The notes under the pieces are model-generated. The model was not told the origin of the DNA, ran no database searches, and was given only the letters and a program-made list of their open reading frames with translations. Positions 45,875-57,140 of a stretch of 64,000 nucleotides of DNA are shown piece after piece. Each line of letters opens with the position of its first letter. The first letter of the stretch is position 1. Source of the DNA: Elusimicrobiota bacterium (GTDB taxonomy: Bacteria; Elusimicrobiota; Elusimicrobia; UBA1565; UBA9628). A program made the translations under genes and the position numbers. The stretch is from assembly GCA_016212795.1 (NCBI GenBank), contig JACRDT010000036.1, positions 39,273 through 103,272 on the forward strand, in the 5' to 3' direction.

Positions 45875-46477
45875 ATGCCGAAAGGGCTCGTGGTCATCCT
45901 ATCCGCCCCATCCGGGGCGGGTAAATCGACGATTTGCCGCAGACTCCTGAGACTGCGCAAGAACATCAAGTACGGCGTCACGTGCACGACGCGCGCTCCG
46001 CGCGAGGGGGAGACGGACGGCAAGCACTACAACTTCATCAGCCGAGAGGAGTTCAAGAAGCGCATCCAGCGCCACGAGTTCCTCGAGTGGGCCATGGTGC
46101 ACGACCAGTACTACGGCGTGCCGGCCGGGATGGTGGAGCGCTGCGTCGAGAAGGGCGACGACGTCGTCCTGGCCATCGACGTTCAGGGCGCCCGCACCGT
46201 CAAGCGCAAGCTCCCCGACGCCGTCCTCGTCTTCGTTCTCCCCCCGTCGATCGGGACGCTCAAGGAACGGCTCCAGGGCCGCCGCGAGGGCGATGGGTCC
46301 CTGGCCAAGCGTCTGGCCAACTCGCGCGGCGAGCTCGTCGCCGCCAAGGCCTACGACTATCTCGTCGTCAACGACGATCTGGACAAGGCCGTCTCCCAGA
46401 TCGAATCCATCATGACCGCCGAGCGGCTGCGTCTCTCGCGCCGGCGTCATCTGGACCTGGACCATCTGATACGGTAA
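45875..46477 (+). CDS. gmk: Guanylate kinase
   Basis: SAPSGAGKST, TTRAPREGETDGKHYNF, IDVQGA, PPS. Confidence 0.96.
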   Translation: MPKGLVVILSAPSGAGKSTICRRLLRLRKNIKYGVTCTTRAPREGETDGKHYNFISREEFKKRIQRHEFLEWAMVHDQYYGVPAGMVERCVEKGDDVVLAIDVQGARTVKRKLPDAVLVFVLPPSIGTLKERLQGRREGDGSLAKRLANSRGELVAAKAYDYLVVNDDLDKAVSQIESIMTAERLRLSRRRHLDLDHLIR

Positions 46478-46537
46478 GGCCGCCACGGACCCGCGACGGC
46501 AGGGGATCTCCTGCCGCGCGTACATTGAGGAGGATGC

Positions 46538-46885
46538 ATGCCGAAGAAGAAGGCTGACGAAGAGCCGGAAGGCTCTGAGGCGACTCGGAACGAGTCCTCG
46601 AAAAATAACCCGGCCCCAGCCAAGACCCTCGACGAGCTGGTGTTGAACTACAAGATCGGGAAGTACTCCGTCATCCCGCTCATCTCGCTTTGGGCCAAGG
46701 AGCTGCGCAAGCGCGAGGAGCATCGGCACCTGACGCCCAACGAGATCCTCGAGTTGGCCATGAAAGAGGTCCTGGAAGGCTCGGTCGGCTGGGGAGAGCT
46801 GAAGAAGGCGCTGGCCAACGACGCGGCCGCCGAGAGCAAGGGGCCGCTCGCCCTGGGCGAGCCCAGGAGCAAGAAGGAGAAATAG
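46538..46885 (+). CDS. Probable divergent RNA polymerase omega subunit
   Basis: Sits between gmk and coaC, the usual rpoZ slot; GKY...WAKEL...LAMKEVLEG pattern resembles omega. Confidence 0.5.
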   Translation: MPKKKADEEPEGSEATRNESSKNNPAPAKTLDELVLNYKIGKYSVIPLISLWAKELRKREEHRHLTPNEILELAMKEVLEGSVGWGELKKALANDAAAESKGPLALGEPRSKKEK

Positions 46886-47488
46886 GTGGCCAGGTCGGGG
46901 CGCGGCCTGGGGCGGCAGCCCCAGGGGCCGAGCGGCCCGGGGCCCGGGCAGGGCCGCCGGATCGTGCTGGGCATCACGGGTTCCATCGGCGCCTGCAAGG
47001 CTCCCGAGATCGTCCGGGGGCTGGTGAAGGCCGGGGCCGAGGTGCGGTGCGTCCTCACCCCCAACGGCAGCCGCTTCGTGACGGCCTTGACCCTGGCGAC
47101 GCTCTCGCGCAACCGCGTCTGCCAGGACCCTTTCGACGTCAAGGATTGGGACATGGCCCACCTCTCGCTGTCCTCCTGGGCGGACCTCATCCTCGTGGCC
47201 CCCGCGACCGCCGACATCGTCGCGCGCCTGGCGGCGGGCCGCGCCGAGGGTCTGCTCGACGGCGTGATCCTCGCATCGACCTGCCGCGTCGCCGTCTGCC
47301 CGGCCATGGACGAGAACATGTGGAAGCACCGCGCCACGCAGCGCAACGTCGGGGTCATCCGCGGATGGGGCTACGAGGTCTGGGGGCCGGGCGCCGGGGA
47401 GCTCGCCAGCGGCAAGACGGGCGTCGGGAGGCTCCTGGAGCCGTCGGAGATCGTGGAGCGCTGCCTGCGGCTTCCCCGCGGCTCTTGA
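46886..47488 (+). CDS. coaC: Phosphopantothenoylcysteine decarboxylase (flavoprotein half of CoaBC)
   Basis: LGITGSIGA.K, H.SL..WAD..LVAPATA, PAMDENMW. Confidence 0.88.
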   Translation: MARSGRGLGRQPQGPSGPGPGQGRRIVLGITGSIGACKAPEIVRGLVKAGAEVRCVLTPNGSRFVTALTLATLSRNRVCQDPFDVKDWDMAHLSLSSWADLILVAPATADIVARLAAGRAEGLLDGVILASTCRVAVCPAMDENMWKHRATQRNVGVIRGWGYEVWGPGAGELASGKTGVGRLLEPSEIVERCLRLPRGS

Positions 47489-48224
47489 GGGCCGGGGCGC
47501 GTCCCTTGGCGAAGGCTCGCGGCTCGCCCTGGGCCGGGCGCTCCGTCCTGATCACCTCGGGCCCGACGCGGGAGTATCTCGACCCGGTCCGCTACCTCTC
47601 CAATGCGTCGAGCGGCAAGATGGGCCGCGCGCTGGCGGCCGAGGCCGGCCGTCTGGGGGCCTGGGTGACGGTCGTGAGCGGCCCGGCGGAGGTCCCCCCG
47701 CCCCCCGGCGTCAGGGTCGTGCCCGTGGTGACCGCGGCGCAGATGCGGGCGGCGGTCCTGAGGCTCTCCCCCGGGGCGGACGTCGTCATCGGCGCCGCGG
47801 CCGTGGCGGACTGGCGCTTCGGCTCCCCGTCCCGCCGGAAGATCAAGAGGACGGCGGCGGCTTTGAGGTTGACACTCCTGCCGAATCCCGATATCATCAA
47901 GGAAGTGGCTGAAAGGAGAAGGTCGCGCGGGCCGCGCCGGGGCGGCCGGCGCCAGATCGTGGCCGGGTTCGCGCTCGAATCCGGCCGCGGCGCGGGAGGC
48001 GCCGTGATCGAGGCGGCCCGGCGCAAGCTCGCGGCCAAGGGCCTCGACCTGGTCGTGGCCAACGGCCCTCGGGCGCTGGGTTCGGACCGGGCGAGGTTCT
48101 CCATCGTCACGGCCGGCGGGGCGCTCCGGCTGGGCGTCCTCTCGAAGGAGGAGGCCGCCCGGCGCATCTTCTCGGCGCTCGGGGCGATGATGGCGGCGCC
48201 GGACCGAAGGGAGGGGACGGCCTG

Positions 48225-48225
<1 letters not shown>
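47485..48225 (+). CDS. coaB: Phosphopantothenate--cysteine ligase (C-terminal half of CoaBC)
   Basis: LITSGPTREYLDPVRYLSNASSGKMG, AAAVADW, NPDII, GFALE; TTGA overlap with coaC. Confidence 0.88.
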
Positions 48226-48943
<718 letters not shown>

Positions 48944-48947
<4 letters not shown>

Positions 48948-49687
48948 GCCACCCGAAGGGCGGCAAGAGGGAGGACGCGGTCGAGGCCGGAGGCCGAGCG
49001 TCCCGGCCTCCATCAGGAAGGGCTTTGGGGGGCCGGGGCAAGGACGTCCTCGACCATCTCGGGGACATCATCACGGAGGCCTTCCGCCGCAGCGGTTCGG
49101 GCTCCGACAAGGACGCCTTCACGTACATCAAGGCGATGATGGACGACCTCTCGGTCGCCTCGATCCAGCGCAGCAGCAAGTACCTGGTCCGGCGCGTGCT
49201 CGACGCCATGGACCTGGAGCGGACCTGCGGCAAGGGGGCCTGCGCCGGCGGCGCGGGCGTCGTGGTCGAGTACGGGGCGGCCGACGGCGTCATCACGCGC
49301 CCGGTCCTGCAGTCGCTCCCGCCGGGCGCCAAGCTCGTCGCCGTCGAGCGCAACCCCAAGCTCTACGTCCGCCTCAGGATGATCGACGACCCCCGCCTCA
49401 TCCCGGTGAACGGGGACGTCCGCCGCATCGGCAGGATCGTGCGGGGGCTGGGCATCGGGACCGTCGACGCGATCGTCTCCGGCGTGCCGTTCTCCCTGTT
49501 CCGGCCCAGGGCGAGGCACGAGGTGCTGACGCAGACGACGGAGCTGCTCCGGGACGGGGGCGTCTTCGTGGCGTATCAGGTGACGACGCACCTCATCCCG
49601 CTCCTGGCGGACTATTTCCGGCGGGTGGAGACGGAGTTCGAGCTGCGCAACATCCCGCCGCTCTTCGTGTTCAAGGCCTCCAAGTAG
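48944..49687 (+). CDS. Class I SAM-dependent methyltransferase, phospholipid N-methyltransferase (PmtA)-like
   Basis: VASI..SS..L, VVEYGAADG, VAVERN, DAIVSGVPF, F.AYQ, RNIPP. Confidence 0.75.
48955..49032 (+). repeat. Dispersed intragenic element, copy 2
   Basis: Same 30-nt core, with GAAGGGCGG 12 nt upstream and TTGGGGGG downstream as in copy 1. Confidence 0.8.
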
Positions 49688-49694
49688 TCCGCCC

Positions 49695-51665
49695 ATGCTC
49701 ATCGCCGAGGTCGCCTTCCCGGTCCCGGTCCACAACACCTACCACTACCTGGTCCCGGAGGGGTTCGCGCCTCTCGAGCCGGGGACCAGGGTGAGGGCCT
49801 CCTTCGGCCCGCGCCTGGCCGTCGGCACGGTGCTCGCCGTGTTCGAAGGGTCGCCGCAGCGCCAGCTCAAGCCCCTCCACGCCGTGCTGGACCCGGGGCC
49901 GGTCCTCTCGGCGGAGCTGCTGGAGTGCGCCCGGTGGATGTCCCGGCGCTACGGCGCCGCCGTCGGCGAATGCGTCAAGGCCGTCCTCCCCTCCTTCGTG
50001 CGGTCCGTCCCCGCCAAGGAAGGCCGGGCCGGGGCGCTCCGCCCGCCCCCGACGTACGCTCTCACCGACGGCCAGCGGCAGGCCCTCGAGGGGCTGCTGG
50101 AGAGCATCAGGTCCCGCCGCCACGGCGTGGCGGTGCTCTTCGGGGTCCCCGCGTCCGGGAAGACCGAGGTCTACCTCCGGCTCATCGAGGAGGCGGTGAA
50201 AGACGGCGGCCAGGCCCTGTTCATGCTGCCCGAGATCTCGTTGACCGGGCCGTTCTTCGAGGAGTTCTCCGGGCGGCTCAGGGAGCCCGTGGCGCTGTGG
50301 CATTCTAGGCGGACCATGAGCCAGAGGCGCGAGACCTGGAGCGGGCTGGCCCGCGGCGAGGTCAGGATCGTGGTGGGGGCGCGGTCGGCCGTCCTGCTGC
50401 CCTTCCGGAGCCTGAGGCTCGCGGTGCTCGACGAGGAGCAGGACGAGTCCTTCAAGCAGGAATCCCCCTCCCCCGGCTACCATGCCCGCGAGGTGGCGTT
50501 GCACAGGGCGCGCGCCCACGGCAGCCTCGTGGTCCTCGGCTCGGCCACGCCGTCGCTCGAGACCTGGCGGGCCGCGCAGGAGGGGAGGGCCACGCTGTTC
50601 GTGATGCCGGAGAGGGTCTGCTGCAAGGAGATGCCCGCGGTCTCGGTCGTGCCCACGCCCCAGGGCCATGACTGCGTCTCCGCCCACCTCCTGGCCAAAC
50701 TCAAGGACCGCCTCGGGCGCGGCGAGCAGTCGATCCTGCTCGTCAACCGCAGGGGCTTCTCGACGCTGGTCCTGTGCAGGAAATGCGGATGGGTGGACCG
50801 GTGCCCCGCCTGCGGCGTCGCCAGGATCAGGCACCAGGAGCCCGACGGGGCGTTCCTCATGCGATGCCACCGCTGCGGGCGAAGGACGCCGGTCGCGGCG
50901 GCGTGCGGCGTGTGCAAGGAGCCGACCCTGTGGATCACCGGGACGGGGACCCAGAAGGTGGTCTCGGAGCTCAAGCGCGCCATCCCCGGTGTCCGGGTCC
51001 TGCGCATGGACCGGGACATCTTGAAGGAGTCGGCGGCGGACCGCCGGATCATCGAGGATTTCAAGGCCGGGAGGGCCGACGTCCTCGTCGGGACCAAGCT
51101 GGTGGCCAAGAGCTTCCATTTCCCGGAGGTGACCCTGGTCGGGGTCGTGGACGCCGACACCATGATCCACATGCCGGATTTCCGCGCTTCCGAGCGGACC
51201 ATGCAGCTCCTCTCCCAGGTGGCCGGCCGCTCCGGCCGCGGCGAGAAGCCCGGGGAGGTGGTGGTCCAGACCATGCACCCTGGCTTGGCCGCGATGAGCT
51301 CCAGCCAGCTCGGCAGGTACGAGCTCTTTGCGGCCGCCGAGCTGGCGGTGCGCAAGGAGCTCTCGTACCCCCCGTTCGCCGAGCTGATCCGCGTCGAGCT
51401 GGCGGGACGCGCCGAGAAGATCGTCGAGGGGGCGTCCCAGGAGATGGCGGACCGGCTCGGCGGCATCCTCGACGCGGCCGGCCACCAGGTCCTGGGTCCG
51501 GCCCCGTCCATCCCCCCCGTCTACCGCGGGAGGCACCGGCGGCATATCCTCGTGAAGGTCCTCGATCCGGCCGGGACCGAGTCGGCGCTCGACGCGATCC
51601 GCGCGGTGCGCGTCCCCGCCGGGGTCAAGGCTGGGGTCGTGGTCGATCCTTACGATCTGGCGTAA
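49695..51665 (+). CDS. priA: Primosomal protein N' (compact form)
   Basis: G.PASGKTEVY, DEEQD.SFKQ, GSATPS, LNRRGF, four CxxC, GTQK, DFRASER. Confidence 0.95.
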   Translation: MLIAEVAFPVPVHNTYHYLVPEGFAPLEPGTRVRASFGPRLAVGTVLAVFEGSPQRQLKPLHAVLDPGPVLSAELLECARWMSRRYGAAVGECVKAVLPSFVRSVPAKEGRAGALRPPPTYALTDGQRQALEGLLESIRSRRHGVAVLFGVPASGKTEVYLRLIEEAVKDGGQALFMLPEISLTGPFFEEFSGRLREPVALWHSRRTMSQRRETWSGLARGEVRIVVGARSAVLLPFRSLRLAVLDEEQDESFKQESPSPGYHAREVALHRARAHGSLVVLGSATPSLETWRAAQEGRATLFVMPERVCCKEMPAVSVVPTPQGHDCVSAHLLAKLKDRLGRGEQSILLVNRRGFSTLVLCRKCGWVDRCPACGVARIRHQEPDGAFLMRCHRCGRRTPVAAACGVCKEPTLWITGTGTQKVVSELKRAIPGVRVLRMDRDILKESAADRRIIEDFKAGRADVLVGTKLVAKSFHFPEVTLVGVVDADTMIHMPDFRASERTMQLLSQVAGRSGRGEKPGEVVVQTMHPGLAAMSSSQLGRYELFAAAELAVRKELSYPPFAELIRVELAGRAEKIVEGASQEMADRLGGILDAAGHQVLGPAPSIPPVYRGRHRRHILVKVLDPAGTESALDAIRAVRVPAGVKAGVVVDPYDLA

Positions 51666-51769
51666 ATGATAGAATGGCGGCGGGCGAAGGGAGAACGTCC
51701 GCGCCCGTCGCACGCGCGTTTCCCATAGGCGCGCAGGCGGCGGGCTGGGTTGCAACACGGGAGGGTGCG

Positions 51770-52612
51770 ATGATGACCGTTGTGACGGCGGTGTTGACGG
51801 CATGGGTGGCCGGCCAGGCCTTCGGGCAGGGAGCCGGCGGCCAGGACCGGTGGGATGCCAGGCTGACCGACGTGAAGGGGACGGTCACCGTCTTCACCGC
51901 CGGCGCCGACGCGGAGGGGATGCCCGGCGACAAGGACATGCCGCTGGAGCCCGGCGACCGCATCCGCACCGGGGAGGATTCGAGCGCCGAGGTCGCCTTC
52001 GAGGGCGATTCCGTGGTCGTGCTCAAGGCCAACACCCAGATGACGGTCACGTCCACGCGCAAGAACGGGGTCGAGCTGGGCCTGTCGCTGGGGAGCCTCC
52101 TGGCCAAGATCCACTCTTCCTTGGGGCTGGGGGGCTTCGGCGTGCGCACGCCGACCGCGGTGGCGTCGGTGCGCGGGACCGAGTTCGCCGTCGAGGTGGC
52201 CGGCGAGGGCGAGTCCGGGGAGACGCACGTCGGGGTCTTCGACGAGGGGAAGGTCGAGGTGAGCGGCACGGCGGCCGGCGAAGCCGAGACCCTCATGACC
52301 AACCAGGAGACCGTGGTCCGCCGGGGCCAGCGGCCGCTGCCCCCCTACGTGCTGAAAAGGCTGATGAAGCACCGGAAGCTCGTGAGGGGGTTCGGGAAGA
52401 GGGCGCAACTCCTCAAGAAGCAGTGGGCGGCCCTGCCTCCCGAGAAGCGCCTGGAGTTCCGGACGAAGTGGATGGAACGGGCCCGGGAGCGCATGAAGAA
52501 GATGCGGGAGAAGGCCATCCGCCAGAAGGGCAAGCGCGGCCCGGCGGGGCCCAGGCTGGACCGCGAGAAGATGGAGAAACGGCGCAACAATATCCGGCAG
52601 GGGCAGCGTTGA
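51770..52612 (+). CDS. FecR-domain protein with basic coiled C-terminal tail
   Basis: Signal peptide; L.PGD.IRTGEDS.AE, VRTPTAVASVRGTEF, VFDEG.V. Confidence 0.8.
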   Translation: MMTVVTAVLTAWVAGQAFGQGAGGQDRWDARLTDVKGTVTVFTAGADAEGMPGDKDMPLEPGDRIRTGEDSSAEVAFEGDSVVVLKANTQMTVTSTRKNGVELGLSLGSLLAKIHSSLGLGGFGVRTPTAVASVRGTEFAVEVAGEGESGETHVGVFDEGKVEVSGTAAGEAETLMTNQETVVRRGQRPLPPYVLKRLMKHRKLVRGFGKRAQLLKKQWAALPPEKRLEFRTKWMERARERMKKMREKAIRQKGKRGPAGPRLDREKMEKRRNNIRQGQR

Positions 52613-52613
52613 G

Positions 52614-53561
52614 GTGAGGGCGCTCCTGCTGTGCCTCTGCCTCGGCGGGTGGGCTTGCGCCGAGGAGGAGGCCATCGAGGTCACCGTTCCCCCGGGGCTC
52701 TCGGCCAGGGCCACGAGCCGCCTGCTCAAGGAGCGCGGGGTCGTGAGCTCCAGCTTCCTGTTCCGGGCAGCGGCGAAGGTCACCGGCGCCGAGAGGGAGA
52801 TCAAGCCGGGGGATTACCGGTTCAAGCGGGGGCTGTCGGTCTTGGACGTCCTGAGCATCCTCAAGACGGGCACGACGAACGACCTCAAGCTCGTCATCCC
52901 GGAGGGCTTCTCGGCGCGCCAGATCGCCGAGAGGCTTTCGGCCAACGGGCTGTGCAAGGCGGACGACTTCATGGCCCTGGCGGCCTCCAAGCGGCTGGAG
53001 GGCTACCTCTTCCCGACTACCTACAGCGTCGACAAGCACTGGAGCGCCGGCCAGATCGCCCAGCGGATGGTCGACGAGTTCCAGCGCCGCGTCCCCCCGC
53101 TCTTCGAGGCCGCCAAGGACAAGCCCGCGCTGAACCTCCACCAGATCGTGACCCTCGCGAGCATCGTCGAGCGGGAAGCCGTCGTCAAGTCCGAGCGGCC
53201 CGCGATCGCGTCGGTCTACCTCAACCGCCTGCGCAAGAGGATGATGCTGGAGGCCGATCCCACGGTGCAGTACGGCCTGGGCTATTGGAAGAAGGGGTTG
53301 ACCCTCGACGACCTGAAGGTCTCCTCCCCGTACAACACCTACAACCATTTCGGCCTGCCCCCGGGACCCATCTGCAACCCGGGCCTCGACTCCGTGGAAG
53401 CGGCGCTGCGCCCCGCGCGGACGGAGGCCATCTTCTTCGTCGCCGACGGGAAGGGAGGGCACGTCTTCAGCACGACCCTCGAGGAGCACCTGGTCAACAA
53501 GGCCAAGCTCAAGAGGGAGCTCCGCCTCCAGCGCGAGGCCGCCCGCCGCGGCGGCCACTGA
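52614..53561 (+). CDS. mltG: Endolytic peptidoglycan transglycosylase
   Basis: IPEGF, LEGYLFP.TY, LASIVERE, L.ADPT, SPYNTY...GLPPGPI.NPG. Confidence 0.93.
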   Translation: MRALLLCLCLGGWACAEEEAIEVTVPPGLSARATSRLLKERGVVSSSFLFRAAAKVTGAEREIKPGDYRFKRGLSVLDVLSILKTGTTNDLKLVIPEGFSARQIAERLSANGLCKADDFMALAASKRLEGYLFPTTYSVDKHWSAGQIAQRMVDEFQRRVPPLFEAAKDKPALNLHQIVTLASIVEREAVVKSERPAIASVYLNRLRKRMMLEADPTVQYGLGYWKKGLTLDDLKVSSPYNTYNHFGLPPGPICNPGLDSVEAALRPARTEAIFFVADGKGGHVFSTTLEEHLVNKAKLKRELRLQREAARRGGH

Positions 53562-56500
53562 TCAGGACTTCGTCGCGAGCTCCAGGGCCGCGGCCTTGAG
53601 CCGGGTCAGGTCGAGCTTGCCCGACCCCAGCAGGGGGAACTCCGCCACCCGGTAGAAGCTCTCCTTGCCGGGGAGCCAGAGCTTGGGCAGGTCCGAGGCG
53701 TTGAGGCTCTTGCAGAGGCCCTCGACGCCGTCGAAGTCCTTGTAGAGCACCACCAGGCGTTCCCCGCGCTTGTCGTCCGGGACGGCCGCGACCACGAAGG
53801 TCTGCTCCACGCGGCCGGCCGCCTCGTGCAGGGCCTCCTCGACGCGGATGTGCGGCACCATCTCGCCCCCGATCTTGCTGAAGCGGCTGAGGCGGTCCGT
53901 GATCGTGATGAACCCGTCGTCGTCCACGGAGCCGATGTCGCCGGTGACGTAGTAGCCGTCCCGCAGGGACTCCGCCGTGCGCAGGGGGTCGTCGAGGTAG
54001 CCTTTCATGACGTTGGGCCCCTTGACGAGGATCATGCCTGGCTCGCCGGCGGGCAGGGGCAGTCCCGTCTCGGGCGAGACGATCTCGACGAGGACCCCCG
54101 GCAGGGGGCGGCCGATGGTCCCCTGCTTGCCGCCCTTCTGCCGGACCCCGAGCAGGGCGACGTCGGGGACGTTGACCGCGGCGACCGGGGAGAGCTCCGT
54201 GCAGCCGTAGCCCTCGAGGGGCTCGATGCCGAACTTCTCGCGGAAGGCTTGGGCGACGGCGGGCCGGAGCTTCTCGGCGCCGACGACCGCGTAGCGCAGC
54301 GACTTGAAATCCTCCGGCTCCACGCGGCGCAGGTAGGTCTGCAGGAAGGTCGGCGTGCCGAGCAGGAAGGTCGCGCGGTGCTCGCGGACGAGGTCCCCGA
54401 TGCGCTTGGCGTCGAGCGGGTTGGGGTGGTAGACGGCCGCGAAGCCGGCGATCGCGGGGAACCAGAGCGTGACGGTGTAGCCGAAGGAGTGGAAGAAGGG
54501 CAGCACGCCCATGAGCCTGTCCTGGGCCGTGAACTGGTAGACCTGGCCGAGGGACTCCATGTTCGCGAGGATGCCGGCGTGGGTGAGCATGACCCCCTTG
54601 GGCACGCCCTCCGAGCCGCTGGTGAAGATGACCGTCGCGGTCCGGTCCAGGGGCCCGGCGCACCCTGCCAGGAGGGTCTTTTCCAGCAGGAACCTCGGCA
54701 GGAGCAGGAACGCCAGCGCCGCGGGGACCGCCAACGCCTTGGGCGCCTTGGGGGCCACGTCCTCCAGGAAGACGGTTCCGGCGTCCCCGAAGGAGGCGCC
54801 GCTCCACCCGAGCTTGTGGAGGAAGATCTTCGAGGTGACGATGGTCCTGGCCCCGGCTTTCGCCGCGCACTGCGCCACCACCTCCGGCGAGGCGGTGTAG
54901 TTCAGGTTGATGGGGAGGCGGCCCGTCATGGAGAGGCCGATGTTGGCCAACGCGGCCGCGACGGTCGGCGGCAGCAGCAGGCCGACGGCCTCGCCAGGCG
55001 GCAGCTCCCGGTCGAGGGTGCGGCCCAGGAGCCACGCCCCGGCGAAGGCCTGCAGGCCGTTGAGGCGCCGGCCGGTCGAGTCGGCCATGGCCAGGCGCAG
55101 GGGGTGGCGCCGGACCTCGCGCAGGAACTCGAGCGGCAGGGCCTGGCGCTCGGCCAGGCGGAGCCGGAACGCCTCCGCGCCCAGCTCCATGACGGCCTGG
55201 CGGACCTGGTGGGCGGTGGAGCCCGACGGCATGGGGCGGCCGAAGCTCACGGTCACGGGGTACGGGAGCCTGCGCGGCCACTTGAACAGGACCCGGCCGC
55301 CCTCGAAGCTGAAGATGCTGCCCCAGATGCGGTCGAGGTGGACGGGGATGACCGGCACGGGCAGGTCCCGGGTGATGCGCTCGAAGCCCTTCTTGAACCC
55401 CTGCATCTGGCCGTGGCGGGTCAGCTCCCCCTCCCCGAAGATGCACAAAAGCTCTCCGTCCCTAAGGGCCTTCCTGGCGACCTCGAAGGAGCGCAAGAGC
55501 GCTTTCGGACCGTCCCGGTCCGAGATCGGGATGCAGCCCATCGCCCGGAAGAGGAGGCCCGCCACGGGCAGGTCGTAGTAGCTGCGCAGCATCAGGAAGC
55601 GCACCAGCCGGGGCGAGGCCGCGCTGATGAGCGCGGCGTCCACGAACGAGACATGGTTGGCCACCATGAGCGCCGGCTCCTTGAGCGGGACGTTCTCCCT
55701 CCCGCCGACCTGGATGCGGTAGATGAGGTTGGCGACGGGGTAGAGCAGGAGCCGCAGGAGGAAATCGGGCAGCAGGGCCACGATGTAGGCGGCCACCGCC
55801 AGGGTCATGAGCGCGACCACGAGGAAGACTTGGCCGGCGTGCAGGCGGAACACGGCCTGGAAGAGCCAGAGCATCGCGGAGGCCAGCAGGATGGCCGAGA
55901 AGGAGAGCGAGTTGCCCGTCGCGATGAAGCGGCCCATCCGGTCCTTGGGGCTCCGCGCCTGGACGAAGGCCTGCAAGGGCAGGACGAAGCAGCCGCCGCT
56001 CGCGCCCAAGAGGAAGAGCGCCCACAACGTCGCGGGGGTGGAGCGGAAGGAGAAGGCCAGCACGAGCGAGAAGGCGAACAGCCCGGCCGCGCCCAGGGGC
56101 ACCAGGCCCAGCTCCACGACGTCCCGGGAGAGGCGGCCCGCGGCGTAGCTGCCCAGCCCGATGCCCAGGGCCACGACCACCTGGAAGAGGCTCAGGGTTT
56201 CGGGCGAGGCCGCCATGAGCTCGCGGCCGTAGACCAGCACGTTCATCTGGAAGATCGCGCCGAGGAACCAGAAGAAGGCGGCGCCGACCGTGCTCAGCCA
56301 GACCCCCCGCAGTTGCTGGACCTCGGCGACGTTGGCGAGGGTCTGGGCGACGGGGTTGAAGCGCAGGGGCTCCCCCCCCGCGGCGGGGGCCTCGGGGACC
56401 CACAGGCTGGTCGCCAGCCCGGCCGCGGCCACGACCACGAACAGCCCGGAGGCGAGCGCCAGCCGGTCCGCGAAGCGCTCGAGGATGAGCCCCGCGGCCA

Positions 56501-57140
56501 CGGTGCCCAGGAGGATGCCGACGAAGGAGAGCATCTGGAGGAGCCCGTTGCCCCGCGAGAGGTCCTTCTCGTCGAGCATCTCCGGGACGATGGAGAGCTT
56601 GACCGGGCCGAGGAAGGCGCTGTGGACGCCGAGCAGGAAGAGCAGCCCCATCATGAGGGGGATGCTGCGCGTCGCCAGCAGCAGGACGGCCAGGCCCATC
56701 AGGACCAGCTCGGCGGCCTTGAGGAAGACGAGGAGCGTCCTCTTCTTGACCCGGTCCGCCAGGTCGCCGGCCAGGGGAGAGAAGAGGATGAAGGGGACGA
56801 TGAAGAGCGCCCCCGCCGCCGCGACGAGGGCCTGGGCCCGCCCGGGCGGCAGGGTCGTCAGCGCGAGCAGCGCGACGAGGGCCTTGAAGGCGTTGTCGTT
56901 GAACGCGCTGAGCGCCTGGGTCAGGAGCAGCCCGGCGAACCCCCGGCTGGCGAGACGGACCTTCGGCGACGGGCCTATGGTCGCCGTGGTTCCCGCCGTC
57001 CCTGCGGCCCGCCGGGCGGCATCCCGGGGCCGTCGTCCTCGATCTCGATCTCCTCTTCCGTCCCGTGCCGGTCCGCCTTGACGCGAATGATCTTGCGGAT
57101 CCGCTCGCCGCGGCCCGGGCCCCGGCGGCCCATCGGGCAT
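53562..57140 (-). CDS. aas: Acyl-[ACP]--phospholipid O-acyltransferase (MFS + acyltransferase + AMP-binding fusion); start uncertain, conserved part begins near 56950
   Basis: QALSAFNDNAFK MFS start, NHVSFVD acyltransferase motif, IFTSGSEGVPKGV, EGYGCTE, DRLSRFSKIGGEM. Confidence 0.9.
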   Translation of the reverse strand: MPDGPPGPGPRRADPQDHSRQGGPARDGRGDRDRGRRPRDAARRAAGTAGTTATIGPSPKVRLASRGFAGLLLTQALSAFNDNAFKALVALLALTTLPPGRAQALVAAAGALFIVPFILFSPLAGDLADRVKKRTLLVFLKAAELVLMGLAVLLLATRSIPLMMGLLFLLGVHSAFLGPVKLSIVPEMLDEKDLSRGNGLLQMLSFVGILLGTVAAGLILERFADRLALASGLFVVVAAAGLATSLWVPEAPAAGGEPLRFNPVAQTLANVAEVQQLRGVWLSTVGAAFFWFLGAIFQMNVLVYGRELMAASPETLSLFQVVVALGIGLGSYAAGRLSRDVVELGLVPLGAAGLFAFSLVLAFSFRSTPATLWALFLLGASGGCFVLPLQAFVQARSPKDRMGRFIATGNSLSFSAILLASAMLWLFQAVFRLHAGQVFLVVALMTLAVAAYIVALLPDFLLRLLLYPVANLIYRIQVGGRENVPLKEPALMVANHVSFVDAALISAASPRLVRFLMLRSYYDLPVAGLLFRAMGCIPISDRDGPKALLRSFEVARKALRDGELLCIFGEGELTRHGQMQGFKKGFERITRDLPVPVIPVHLDRIWGSIFSFEGGRVLFKWPRRLPYPVTVSFGRPMPSGSTAHQVRQAVMELGAEAFRLRLAERQALPLEFLREVRRHPLRLAMADSTGRRLNGLQAFAGAWLLGRTLDRELPPGEAVGLLLPPTVAAALANIGLSMTGRLPINLNYTASPEVVAQCAAKAGARTIVTSKIFLHKLGWSGASFGDAGTVFLEDVAPKAPKALAVPAALAFLLLPRFLLEKTLLAGCAGPLDRTATVIFTSGSEGVPKGVMLTHAGILANMESLGQVYQFTAQDRLMGVLPFFHSFGYTVTLWFPAIAGFAAVYHPNPLDAKRIGDLVREHRATFLLGTPTFLQTYLRRVEPEDFKSLRYAVVGAEKLRPAVAQAFREKFGIEPLEGYGCTELSPVAAVNVPDVALLGVRQKGGKQGTIGRPLPGVLVEIVSPETGLPLPAGEPGMILVKGPNVMKGYLDDPLRTAESLRDGYYVTGDIGSVDDDGFITITDRLSRFSKIGGEMVPHIRVEEALHEAAGRVEQTFVVAAVPDDKRGERLVVLYKDFDGVEGLCKSLNASDLPKLWLPGKESFYRVAEFPLLGSGKLDLTRLKAAALELATKS

